Part shown: positions 1 through 9,556 of the stretch, in pieces
Layout: each line of letters begins with the position of its first letter
Numbering within the stretch: position 1 is the first letter of the stretch
Origin: Promethearchaeia archaeon
GTDB taxonomy: Archaea > Asgardarchaeota > Lokiarchaeia > Sigyniarchaeales > SOKP01
Length of the DNA: 32,000 nucleotides
Direction of reading: 5' to 3'
Assembly (NCBI GenBank): GCA_046497275.1
Contig: JAWOFX010000097.1
Coordinates: 14,471-46,470 of the forward strand
Made by a program: the position numbers and the translations under genes
Notes under the pieces: model-generated
Database searches by the model: none
Told to the model about the DNA's origin: nothing
Seen by the model: the letters and a program-made list of their open reading frames with translations, nothing else

Positions 1-181
1 ATTTCGAAAATTTTAATATCGAATTGCCTAATCCAGAAAATTTATATTATAATATTATCGATATTTAAAAAGATTACAAATCATGAATATTTTTTACGGA
101 AAGATTTGATAAATAATCAAAAATTAAATAATAAGAGATCAATTATAAAATGCTTAATCCATAAATTAAGATAGAAAAAAG

Positions 182-742
182 ATGTTTAAACTAAACAAGG
201 GACGGATTGGAGTAGTGATTGGTTCTAATGGCGAAACTAAAGAAGAAATTGAAAAAGAATTGGGAATCTGTTTAGATATTGATAGCAAAACCGGAGAAGT
301 TGAAATAAAACCAGATCCTGATAGTGATAATTACGATCCACTCAATCAATTAACCGCAAAAAAAATAATTCAAGCAATTAATAGAGGATTTAATCCTGTT
401 AAAGCTTTAAAATTAAAAGATTTTGATTATGAATTAGAGATATTTAATCTTATCCAAATATTAGGTAAATCAGAAAAAAAGTTGAAAAGAATCAAAGGAA
501 GATTAATTGGGCGGAATGGAGAGATAAGAAAAGCCATAGAGAGATACGCTGAGTGTTTTGTTTCTATATATGGCAAAACAGTAGCTGTTATAGCAGATTA
601 TGAAAATCTCCAAATAGCAAGAAAAGCAATAAATATGATAATCACTGGGATGCCTCATCATACAGTTTTAAGATTTCTTGAGGATAAATATAGCGAGAAA
701 CAAAAAGAAAGATTTAGAGAGATGTATAAACCAGAATTTTAA
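182..742 (+). CDS. KH-domain pre-rRNA processing protein (Dim2/Pno1-like)
   Basis: Two GxxG KH motifs (IGVVIGSNGETK, GRLIGRNGE) and a C-terminal GMPH..V.RFLE motif; 186 aa is typical of the archaeal family. Confidence 0.88.
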   Translation: MFKLNKGRIGVVIGSNGETKEEIEKELGICLDIDSKTGEVEIKPDPDSDNYDPLNQLTAKKIIQAINRGFNPVKALKLKDFDYELEIFNLIQILGKSEKKLKRIKGRLIGRNGEIRKAIERYAECFVSIYGKTVAVIADYENLQIARKAINMIITGMPHHTVLRFLEDKYSEKQKERFREMYKPEF

Positions 743-743
743 T

Positions 744-1109
744 TTAAAATCTTATCTTTTTAAGACTTTCTTTAATATTTTTAAATAAGTCCTTTCCATA
801 TATAATCTGCCTAATTTCTTTTAGTAAATCTTCTTTGTTATTTATCTTATTAACGGAAAATAATTCTTTATATTCTTCATCAAATGATTCAGATATTGAG
901 ACCTCAAAACTTTTTATTTCATAATAATTCTGATTAAAATTCTTAACTATAATAATATGACGAGGATAGAGAGTTAATTCACTTAAAGAAATAGACCATC
1001 CATCAATAAAATAATGTGTTTCAATTGAGAAGAACTTATTCCATCGTTCTAAATATTTTAAAATAGAATGTATCTCCTCTTGAGAAGAGGTTGAATATTT
1101 ACTTTCCAT
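744..1109 (-). CDS. Hypothetical protein directly downstream of ftsZ
   Basis: 121-aa ORF filling the gap between ftsZ and the convergent KH gene; no recognisable motif. Confidence 0.7.
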   Translation of the reverse strand: MESKYSTSSQEEIHSILKYLERWNKFFSIETHYFIDGWSISLSELTLYPRHIIIVKNFNQNYYEIKSFEVSISESFDEEYKELFSVNKINNKEDLLKEIRQIIYGKDLFKNIKESLKKIRF

Positions 1110-1153
1110 GTAATAGACTATAAAAACAAGTATAAAAAATACGAATTTTTTAA

Positions 1154-2260
1154 TTAATCAGAACTAATTTCATTTATATTAAATATTTCATCCGATAATC
1201 CAACTTTTTCTCTTGAAATAGATTGATCTATTTCTAATTCTTCAGGAATAAATTCTTTTCCAAATATCTGCGGGGATTTAATACCCGTTATTAATAACAT
1301 AACTCTTAAAAATCCCTCAAATTCATCTGAAACCCTTGCACCCCATATAACCATAGAATCATTAACATCCATAGCTTCAGAAATTTTTGCTGCAACAGAA
1401 TTAGCTTCAGCTAAAGTCATGTCATTGCCCCCACATATATGTATAAGTGCTCCTTTTGCTCCAGATATATCTACATCTAAGAGAGGAGATCTCAGAGCAT
1501 CCTCTATGGCTTCGTTTACTCGATGTTCTTTAGCATTCGATTCACCTACTCCAACTATAGTAACTCCCCCTGTACCTAAAATAGTTTTTACATCTGCATA
1601 ATCTAGATTAATAAGAGACGGCATAGAAATCGTTTCAGTGATACCTTTTACCATAGTGGCTAAAACTTCATCAGCAACGCTAAAAGCTTCAATAATTGGA
1701 AGGTTAGGGGCGATATCTAATAATTTATTATTATCAATAACTACTAAAGTGTCAACATATCGTCTTAATTTTTTCAGACCATTTTGGGCATTTTCGATTC
1801 TTCCTATTTCTGATTTAAATGGCATAGTAACAACCCCAACAACGATAGCGTCTTCATTTTTTGCTATCTCAGCTATAATAGGTGCACTCCCTGTGCCTGT
1901 TCCCCCTCCCTCTCCACAAGTTATAAATACTAAATCAGATTCTCTTAGAACTTTTATTAAATCCTCCCGATCCTCCTCGGCGGCAGCTTTCCCAATCTCA
2001 GGATTCCCTCCTGCCCCTAAACCTCTTGTTAAGTTTTTACCTATTAGAATTTTAATGTGAGACTCAATCATATCTAAATGTTGATGATCAGTATTAACAG
2101 CAACGCATTTTGCTCCTTTAATCCCTATTTTCATTAATCTATCAATTGTATTATTACCAGCTCCTCCAGCACCTACAATTTTTATATTTGCATAACCAAT
2201 ATTTTGGCGATCAGGTCGATTTATTGCTCTTTTTTTAGCATTTTTAATAAATGATTCCAC
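1154..2260 (-). CDS. ftsZ: Cell division GTPase FtsZ (probably archaeal FtsZ2 clade)
   Basis: VGAGGAGNN, NTD, GLGAGG, tubulin signature GGGTGTG and T7 loop NLDYAD; GTG start. PSLINLDYAD and NTDxQHL resemble archaeal FtsZ2. Confidence 0.97.
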   Translation of the reverse strand: MESFIKNAKKRAINRPDRQNIGYANIKIVGAGGAGNNTIDRLMKIGIKGAKCVAVNTDHQHLDMIESHIKILIGKNLTRGLGAGGNPEIGKAAAEEDREDLIKVLRESDLVFITCGEGGGTGTGSAPIIAEIAKNEDAIVVGVVTMPFKSEIGRIENAQNGLKKLRRYVDTLVVIDNNKLLDIAPNLPIIEAFSVADEVLATMVKGITETISMPSLINLDYADVKTILGTGGVTIVGVGESNAKEHRVNEAIEDALRSPLLDVDISGAKGALIHICGGNDMTLAEANSVAAKISEAMDVNDSMVIWGARVSDEFEGFLRVMLLITGIKSPQIFGKEFIPEELEIDQSISREKVGLSDEIFNINEISSD

Positions 2261-2430
2261 AATAATTCACTAATAATATTAAAATTTAGTTAAAAGAGAA
2301 GAAATTGAACAAAAATTAGAAATTATATAATATCTGGATAATATTCATATAATACTCAGATATTATGCATTTTGTAAGTGTGCAAAACGAATCTCAACGC
2401 CCAATAATTTCAAATTTATTTTTAATATTA

Positions 2431-3648
2431 TTATAGTGAAAAGTCATTTTCTTTTTCAGGATTGAATATTTCTTGATAATGATTATCCTTTACCAATAAA
2501 ATACTAGGAAGACGATAAGGAAATCTATTTGAAAATGTGAGACAATAAGCACCCACATTAGTTATAAGAACTTTATCATTTAATTTTATAGTATCTGTAA
2601 AAAAGTAATCTTTTACTAGTATATCTTGATCTGTTGGAATAATCCCAGCAATAGATGTTTTAAATTTGTGGGCAGTATCAATTCTGGAAGCATTATAAAA
2701 TCTAAGAGAGCAATTCGCAAATTTAGGACATATATGATTGCCAATGTTTAGAAAGATCCATCTGTCTTTTGAAATTTTAATAACATCAGTCACAAAAACA
2801 CCCGCGTCCCCAACTATATATCTTCCAGGTTCCGCATATATTCTTTCAATTCCTATGGATTTTTCCTTAATATAACTTTTTATTCCTTGAGCAATTCTTT
2901 TCAATTGTTTTTTTGGCATAACCGTTGCTTCAGGAAATCCACCACCGATATTTATATTTTTAATATCAAGATTTTTTTGTTTCAATAATTCTTTTGCTTT
3001 AATTAGAACCTTAATATTTTCTAAAAATTGATTTAAACTGTTCATCTGAGTACTATAATGTGAGAGTAATGTCGTCAGATTAAGATTTGAATATTTAGAA
3101 AATAGATTTATTATTTTTTTAACCACTGTTTTATTTATTTTCACTCCTAACTTACTTTCATATTTCATAGAATTTATACGTAAACAAATGTCTTGAGTTA
3201 CCTTTAAATCACCCGCTATCTTGTTAACACGTTCCAAATCATCTAAATCATATATAATTATCTCCCTTATTGAATTCTCTAATGAGGATTTTATTAATTT
3301 ATTTGGTAAATATGGACCACCTAATATTATTTTATCGGGATTAACCCCCGCTTTAAGAGTTGTATTTAGTTCCGGCAAGCTAATTAATTCAGCACCAATA
3401 TCCTCTGAAGAGATTATTTTTAAAACTGAATCTAAATAGTTTGATTTAATAGAATAGAAACACTGAAATTCAGAAAAAACAGAGTTGAAAATTTCTTTAA
3501 AAGTATTAATATTATCTCTTATTCTATTTTCTATTAAAATCATAAATGGTGTTTCAAATTTCTCTATTAATTCATTCAAGGGGACAGAGTCAATGAAAAT
3601 TGTATTCATATCCACTTTTAAATAAGGATTTCCAGCTAATTTTTTCAT
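2431..3648 (-). CDS. Fold-type III PLP-dependent enzyme (LysA/ornithine decarboxylase superfamily), divergent active site
   Basis: YSIKSN (PLP Lys68), IGGGFP, EPGR and GAY motifs are present; the usual GPxC catalytic Cys is Pro338 (AGIIPTDQD). Confidence 0.8.
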   Translation of the reverse strand: MKKLAGNPYLKVDMNTIFIDSVPLNELIEKFETPFMILIENRIRDNINTFKEIFNSVFSEFQCFYSIKSNYLDSVLKIISSEDIGAELISLPELNTTLKAGVNPDKIILGGPYLPNKLIKSSLENSIREIIIYDLDDLERVNKIAGDLKVTQDICLRINSMKYESKLGVKINKTVVKKIINLFSKYSNLNLTTLLSHYSTQMNSLNQFLENIKVLIKAKELLKQKNLDIKNINIGGGFPEATVMPKKQLKRIAQGIKSYIKEKSIGIERIYAEPGRYIVGDAGVFVTDVIKISKDRWIFLNIGNHICPKFANCSLRFYNASRIDTAHKFKTSIAGIIPTDQDILVKDYFFTDTIKLNDKVLITNVGAYCLTFSNRFPYRLPSILLVKDNHYQEIFNPEKENDFSL

Positions 3649-3659
3649 ATTTTTACTTT

Positions 3660-4940
3660 TTAAGAATTAATTAATTTTTGATAAAGGTGATGAGTTTTTT
3701 CAGCTATTATCGTCCAATTTAAATTCTCTCTCACTTTCCTCTGACCTGCTTTACCCAATTTTTTCCTTAATTTCTTATGATTTAATAGCTGTAAAACTTT
3801 TTCTTTAATATCTACGGGATCATCAAATTTTACTAATAATCCATCGGATTTATTTTTAATAACTTCAGAGGTTGCGGCTAAGTCTGCTCCGATCACTGGT
3901 TTTCCTGAAGCCCAAGCTTCTAAATAAGCAATACCAAAAGCATCACTTCTACTTGGCATTAAATATATCTCTGTTTCCCTAAACGCAGATATCTTATATT
4001 TATCAAAATAACCTGATAAATTATCGGGTGTAAGATTAATGATCCTTACTTCCTTTAATTTTTTAATTTTTGACAATTCCCGATTAAAGGCTTGAGTAGA
4101 AGGTCCAATAAAGACAAAATATAATTTGTTAAATTCTTCTAGAATGTAAGGAATGGATTTCAAAATCGAAATTGCTCCTTTTTCATAATTCTTATAACCG
4201 CAAAATAGTATCATTTTATAATTTTGTTCTCCTTTTTTAAAGAATTTTTTCTTAAAACTAACATTTTTATCGAATTTGTTGAATTTCTCATAATCAACAC
4301 CCATCGGAATAACGTTTATGATTTTTTCATCTATTTTTAAGTTACGGAGTAAAAAAATCTTCTCTTTATTAGTGCAAGCAATCAATTTGTCAAACTTCGG
4401 AATTATTTCCATTAAATCCTTATCTAAATATCTTGGATTTTCAAAATGAAAAAAAGGAGTACATATTGTTGGTATTTGCAATTTCTCTCCAAAAATTAAA
4501 GCATTTAGTAAATTAAAGTAAGGATAATAAGTTGTATGAATTAGATCGAATTCATTAAGGTCATTTCGCGAAAGATTAAGGAAATTTGTAATAAAAGGGC
4601 CGTTATCTAAAAACTTAGTTAAACAATTATCCGAGATTTTTAAATTTTTATATTCGTCAATTGATTTTATTATCTCTAATTTTTCTTCTAATGTAAATTC
4701 ATAATCTATAGGAAATCTATTAATTTTGACCTTATTCACTTTTGAATAGTATTTATTTCTTTCTTCAAGAATCCTTCCACTTGAGGATCGTAAAGCGGAA
4801 AAATCAATTGCGTTTGAAGTCCAAATATAAACATTATAATTAAGTTTTTGTTGGAAAATCTCTGCTAATCTTTGAAAATAGAATTCTGCACCTGAAATAG
4901 CAGGAAAATATCTCGTCGGAAGGTACAAAATAGATACCAT
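3660..4940 (-). CDS. Glycosyltransferase family 4 (GT-B fold)
   Basis: N-terminal YFPAISGAE, IPMGVDYEKF, and PSRSDAFGIAYLEAWASGKPVIG (D/E-x7-E motif). Confidence 0.9.
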   Translation of the reverse strand: MVSILYLPTRYFPAISGAEFYFQRLAEIFQQKLNYNVYIWTSNAIDFSALRSSSGRILEERNKYYSKVNKVKINRFPIDYEFTLEEKLEIIKSIDEYKNLKISDNCLTKFLDNGPFITNFLNLSRNDLNEFDLIHTTYYPYFNLLNALIFGEKLQIPTICTPFFHFENPRYLDKDLMEIIPKFDKLIACTNKEKIFLLRNLKIDEKIINVIPMGVDYEKFNKFDKNVSFKKKFFKKGEQNYKMILFCGYKNYEKGAISILKSIPYILEEFNKLYFVFIGPSTQAFNRELSKIKKLKEVRIINLTPDNLSGYFDKYKISAFRETEIYLMPSRSDAFGIAYLEAWASGKPVIGADLAATSEVIKNKSDGLLVKFDDPVDIKEKVLQLLNHKKLRKKLGKAGQRKVRENLNWTIIAEKTHHLYQKLINS

Positions 4941-4989
4941 ATTTTTTTATAAAATTTGCTTTATTATTTATTATTAGTAATAAAAGATA

Positions 4990-5391
4990 ATGTTTGAGAT
5001 GTCAAAAGATTTTTTTGAAGTCTTTTTAAAAAAAGTGGAAAAAAAAGGAATAATTGATGAAGAAATAATAAATATAATAGAAAATAGATTTTCTATCAAG
5101 TCAGATTTAGTATTAGAAACACTTAAGAGAGGGATTACGAAATATTTATATAAACCATCCAATAGGATTCTCTGGACAGCTTTAGGTATCGAAAAAGAAC
5201 ATATTATATATCCTAAATTATATTGTAGTTGTCGGGATTTCTATAAAGAAGTGGTGATAAATAAAAATCGTAATGTATGTAAACATTTGATTGCTCAAGT
5301 GATATCTGTTGCTCTTAATACCTTTAATTATGTAGAATTGGAAGATAAAGAATTTGAAATGAGGGTTGAGGAATTAAAGTCAGAATTTTAA
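4990..5391 (+). CDS. SWIM zinc finger protein
   Basis: CSCRDF...CKH fits the CxC-xn-CxH SWIM motif. Confidence 0.82.
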   Translation: MFEMSKDFFEVFLKKVEKKGIIDEEIINIIENRFSIKSDLVLETLKRGITKYLYKPSNRILWTALGIEKEHIIYPKLYCSCRDFYKEVVINKNRNVCKHLIAQVISVALNTFNYVELEDKEFEMRVEELKSEF

Positions 5392-6018
5392 GATTTTAAC
5401 ATTCTCTAAAGAATTCGAAATAAGTTGAGAGAGATTTAATAATTTTTCAGTATTTTCAATCTCCTTTTCCTTTGCATTTGTTTCCGGATATTGTGGAAAA
5501 TATTGACAAGATTGAATTTTATATGAACTTATATCATAAAGCCCAATTTTTTTATTTAAATTAATAATTTGCTGCTTATTTAGACCGATTAATGGAGATA
5601 ATTTTATAAAGTTGGTAAAAATTTCATTATAAGAATATAAATTCGATAATGTTTGACTGGCTTGCTCTCCTAAGATATCCCCGGTCAGAATAAGATTAGT
5701 TCCTTCCATTTTCGCAACTTTAAAAGCAATCCGAAACATTAATCTTTTACATAGGATGCAAGTTAATTTTCGAGGACATTTTGTCTTAAAAATTTCCAAA
5801 TTTGAAGTATGAGGTATAATAAAAAGTTTTAATTGGTCATTAGTATAATCAGATAATTTTTTTACAATCTTTTTAATTTTTCTCATCATTTCCATATCTA
5901 ATTTAGAGGTCGTGATGAAGGAAACAAAAATAGGTGTAAAGCCCATTTTTATCATAAGATATGATGCAACCGGGCTGTCAAATCCATCTGAGAGTAGTGA
6001 TATTATTCTTTTATTCAA
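5380..6018 (-). CDS. ThiI-like PP-loop sulfurtransferase, catalytic domain only (no THUMP)
   Basis: LLSDGFDSPVA PP-loop variant, CILCKR (CxxC), TGDILGEQASQT, SPLIG and a C-x-x-x-P-x-x-P-x-T tail; only 212 aa. Confidence 0.82.
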   Translation of the reverse strand: MNKRIISLLSDGFDSPVASYLMIKMGFTPIFVSFITTSKLDMEMMRKIKKIVKKLSDYTNDQLKLFIIPHTSNLEIFKTKCPRKLTCILCKRLMFRIAFKVAKMEGTNLILTGDILGEQASQTLSNLYSYNEIFTNFIKLSPLIGLNKQQIINLNKKIGLYDISSYKIQSCQYFPQYPETNAKEKEIENTEKLLNLSQLISNSLENVKILKF

Positions 6019-6616
6019 CGCATATTTCCACCCGTTCCCAATTTTGCAAAGATTTATTAAAATCGTCCAAAGATATTTTTCTTGATATATTTATCTTCTT
6101 ATCAGTCTCTAATCTTCTTATTTTAAGCATTAATTTTTTATTTTTCTTTAGATGTTCCTCAGCATTTCTATATTCATCTTTGAAAACTTCCTTTATACTT
6201 TTCCAATCTAATTTTTTCAAACGATTGTAATTCTCTTCCTTACTTACAAATTTACATAGAGGATCAATAGAAATTTGAAAATTAAATGCATCTTCTTGTT
6301 TTAATGATAATGGATATGCTTTACATGCGATTGGTTTTACATTTTGAATTTTACATCCCTCATTTTTACTGTAAAATGGACATGATTGGGTTTCATTTTC
6401 AAATTTAATTTTATAGGTAAGGACTATTATTTTCTGATTTAAAATATCAGGAAAAACTAAATCTTCAATCACTTTGAAATTTATATCTCTTTTTTGTGCG
6501 ATTTTAATTAATCTATCGACTTCATCAGGATACAAAGGTATTCTTTTACTATATTCACCTGGTATCTCATAACAGCAACTTCCACACTTCATGCATTGAT
6601 ATTTAAGTGTTTTCAT
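6011..6616 (-). CDS. YkgJ-family cysteine cluster (putative Fe-S/Zn) protein
   Basis: CMKCGSCC, CPFY...CKI..VKPIACKAYP. Confidence 0.85.
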   Translation of the reverse strand: MKTLKYQCMKCGSCCYEIPGEYSKRIPLYPDEVDRLIKIAQKRDINFKVIEDLVFPDILNQKIIVLTYKIKFENETQSCPFYSKNEGCKIQNVKPIACKAYPLSLKQEDAFNFQISIDPLCKFVSKEENYNRLKKLDWKSIKEVFKDEYRNAEEHLKKNKKLMLKIRRLETDKKINISRKISLDDFNKSLQNWERVEICVE

Positions 6617-6963
6617 GGATTCGTTTAATTTTAAGTTTTTAGATACATCTAAATCTAATAATAAATATCCAGAAATATTATATCTTTAATATATTAATAA
6701 TTTATTAGAATTTTGATTTTAATCGATTTCTTTTTATAATATAATTATCTCAAGAAATTCTTATCTTTAATTTGTTTAAGAATTTTGTAAAATATTTTTT
6801 TATTCAAAATTTACTAAATCTTTACTCTTGATCTATTTGGATATTATATAATTAAAAATAATCTAAGAAATTATTCAATTTTAGATGTTCTTAAAAAAAC
6901 ATCTTGATAATATTCGTAAATTAATATTCACATACCTATTTTTAAAATAGTGAGAAATTTTAA

Positions 6964-7803
6964 GTGGTAAAAAATATGATGAATGAATCTGTTCTTTCAG
7001 GCATTAGAATAATAAAACATATGAATCTTACTCAAAAAGATTTTATTAATCCAATTGCAGTTTTGGGAATGCCGGGCATCGCTGATGTCGGAAAGTTTGC
7101 AATAGATACTCTGATTGGGCAATTACATGCTCAAAATTATATGGACATTATTTTTGATGATTATCCTGCTGGAGCTATTGTCGATGACAGCTTATTATCT
7201 GCTCCTAAAGCAGAAGTCTTATTTTGGAAAGATCCTCTGAAAAAGAGAGACATAATTTTAATTACTGCTGATGCTCAAAGTCTTACACCAAAAGGAATAT
7301 ATAAAATATCAAATTTCTTAACGGAGATAATATATAACTGTGGTATTAATCTCATTATTGCTCTTGGTGCGTATCCAGTTAATAGTAGTAATTTAAGTAC
7401 GAGGATTCCAAAAATATTTGTAAGTTCCACCAGTAAGGAGCTTCTTGGAACATTCCTAGAAAAAAATCATTGCGAAAGGATTCAAAAAGGAGTGATCATT
7501 GGAGCAAATGGATTAATCCCAACCTTAGCCAAGGCAAGATTTAACACAGAGGGCTTAGTATTATTAGCTGAAACAGATAATATAGCTATCATTAATGAAG
7601 ATATTACAGATTTAAAAGCCTCAATAACACTTTTAGAGATGGTTAAGGAATCTTTTAATCTTCCGATAAAAAAGAAATATTCATTAGATAATCTTGATGA
7701 TATTTCTAAAAATCTTAAATCAAAACGTGAAAAGTTAGAGAAAGATCTTGAAACTTTACAGATTATGGATACAGAAGAGAAGAGAAAATCATTATATATC
7801 TAA
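6964..7803 (+). CDS. PAC2-family (PbaA/PbaB-like) proteasome assembly chaperone homolog
   Basis: GMPGIADVGK, IIALGAYP and IIGANGLI motifs. The true start may be the ATG at 6976 or 6979. Confidence 0.82.
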   Translation: MVKNMMNESVLSGIRIIKHMNLTQKDFINPIAVLGMPGIADVGKFAIDTLIGQLHAQNYMDIIFDDYPAGAIVDDSLLSAPKAEVLFWKDPLKKRDIILITADAQSLTPKGIYKISNFLTEIIYNCGINLIIALGAYPVNSSNLSTRIPKIFVSSTSKELLGTFLEKNHCERIQKGVIIGANGLIPTLAKARFNTEGLVLLAETDNIAIINEDITDLKASITLLEMVKESFNLPIKKKYSLDNLDDISKNLKSKREKLEKDLETLQIMDTEEKRKSLYI

Positions 7804-8044
7804 AATACACGTTTTTTAACACTTCTTTTTAATTTTTTCTTATGTTTAAAAGATTAACGGAAATAAATTCTATTTAGAAACTTCGTAATAATGAACCTTA
7901 TAAAACTACTCGTCTCCTTGCATTTTAATCGATAAATTTTTTAATTATAAAAAATATTCTAGTATAATAAGAGTCTTTCCTAAATAATGTTAGCTAGAAT
8001 TATTTCGGGGAATCTCGTAAATAATAAAATAATAGTGAAACGTT

Positions 8045-8188
8045 TTGGATTATGTTTGTGCCCGTTGCGGCAAGTCTGTATCAAGAAAGGAGTTAAATGC
8101 CTTACCTGGTATTAAATGCTCCCATTGTGGTTATCGAATTCTCTATAAAAAAAGACCTGAAGTAATTAAAAGGTTAAAGGTCCAATAA
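8045..8188 (+). CDS. rpoP: DNA-directed RNA polymerase subunit Rpo12 (P), 47 aa, absent from the ORF track
   Basis: Manual translation: TTG-DYVCARCGKSVSRKELNALPGIKCSHCGYRILYKKRPEVIKRLKVQ-TAA, with CxxC...CxxCGYRILYKKRP signature. An in-frame TGA at 8036-8038 makes the TTG the start. Confidence 0.93.
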   Translation: MDYVCARCGKSVSRKELNALPGIKCSHCGYRILYKKRPEVIKRLKVQ

Positions 8189-8278
8189 ATTTGAAAAACT
8201 TTTTCTAATTTTAATTAACTTTAATTCGAGAAAAATATGTGATATTTATTTTTTATTATAGGAAATCTGATAGCCATT

Positions 8279-9205
8279 CTATATTGGTTTAATTAAGTTA
8301 TCATAACTCAGTGAATTGATTAATTCTTTATACCTATTCCGAATTGTTGTCTCAGTAACACCAGAGACATATGAGATTTCTTTTTGGGTCCTTCTTTCTC
8401 CTTGTTCTAGTGCCGCCAAATAGAGAGCGGCTCCCGCCAACCCTGTGGGGGCTTTTCCAGCAGTCAATCGATGTTTTTTTGCTAATTTGATTAATTCGGC
8501 CGCTCTATTTTGAGTTTTTCCTGAGAGGTTTAATTCTGCACTAAATCTAGGTATAAAATTAATCGGAGAGGAGACACAAATATTAATTTTGAGTTCTTTT
8601 ATAATCAAACGATAACATCTCGCAATTTGTTTTTTATCAACAGAGGTGTATTCAATAAAATCATCGAGAGTTTTGGGAATTTGATTGAGTCTGCATGTTA
8701 AATAGATAGAAGCAATAAGCATAGCTTCAATAGATCTACCTCTTATTAATCCTTTATTTGCCATTTTCCTATAAATATGAGCTGCCCTTTCTTTAAGATC
8801 TCTGGAAATATTAAGTTGAGAAGATAAGCGATCCAACTGATTCATGGCATAAGATAAATTTCTGTCAATAGATTTATTTGTTCTTGTTCTTGTGTTCCAT
8901 TTTCTTAATCTATAGATTTCTGCTTTTCTCTTCGGTGAAAGTTTTTGTCCAAATGCGTCTTTGTTCTTCCATCCTATGATTGTACTTAACCCTTTATCGT
9001 GTAAAGTTAAAGTTGTTGGAGCCCCCACACGAACTTTTTTTTTCGCTTCTTCTGTCGAGAATGCACGCCATTCAGGGCCACAATCAATTAATTTTTGGTT
9101 TATAACTAATCCGCAATCATTACAAATTATTTCAGCTCTTGAATCATCAATTATTAAATTGCAATTACCACATTCTGGACAAAGATTAAAATTTTCTTGA
9201 GGCAT
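8279..9205 (-). CDS. tfb: Transcription initiation factor IIB (TFB)
   Basis: CPECG...CNDCG Zn ribbon, GPEWRAF B-reader, LHDKGLST, and two cyclin repeats ending in VTETTIRNRYKEL. Confidence 0.97.
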   Translation of the reverse strand: MPQENFNLCPECGNCNLIIDDSRAEIICNDCGLVINQKLIDCGPEWRAFSTEEAKKKVRVGAPTTLTLHDKGLSTIIGWKNKDAFGQKLSPKRKAEIYRLRKWNTRTRTNKSIDRNLSYAMNQLDRLSSQLNISRDLKERAAHIYRKMANKGLIRGRSIEAMLIASIYLTCRLNQIPKTLDDFIEYTSVDKKQIARCYRLIIKELKINICVSSPINFIPRFSAELNLSGKTQNRAAELIKLAKKHRLTAGKAPTGLAGAALYLAALEQGERRTQKEISYVSGVTETTIRNRYKELINSLSYDNLIKPI

Positions 9206-9556
9206 AAATATATCTATTATATAAATATCATCTCTTTAATTTCAATAATTATTCTCGCACTTTTAAATATTTCCGTTTTAATAAATTGCTTAATTAATAA
9301 ATAGAAAGAAAATTTTATTAATATGAAGAATTAAATCAAATTAGTCGATAGATTATTTTTGTCGGAGGATGAGAGTTAGAGTGAATTTTATTAGTAAAAT
9401 TTTCAAATAATAAAATATAGAAGGGGTTAAAATTTTCCAGTTAATTATCTTGCTAAAGGATTAGAATAATTTGCATTATTCCATTATTTCAAATAGAGTT
9501 ATAATTACCTTTTAAGATTAATCAAAAGTTTTTAATATTTTTTTATTTTTATAATT

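Noticed and set aside
1419-2060. Plus-strand ORFs 1419-1601 and 1638-2060
   Set aside because: Antisense shadows of ftsZ with no motifs.
2635-2637. Possible selenocysteine at the missing catalytic Cys of the decarboxylase, with nearby hairpins as a SECIS
   Set aside because: The codon is CCA (Pro), not TGA, and the hairpins lack an AUGA/GA core.
3221-6230. Short ORFs 3221-3439, 4974-5162 and 5961-6230
   Set aside because: Antisense to well-supported genes.
6617-6963. Long AT-rich intergenic stretches (also 9206-9556 and 17676-17942) as CRISPR, origin or repeat arrays
   Set aside because: No regularly spaced direct repeats or ORB-like motifs; consistent with divergent promoter regions.
7804-7930. 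Lys/Arg-rich minus-strand frame (KHKKKLKRSVKKRVF) resembling a tiny ribosomal protein
   Set aside because: No start codon after the upstream in-frame stop; explained by T-rich sequence on the plus strand.
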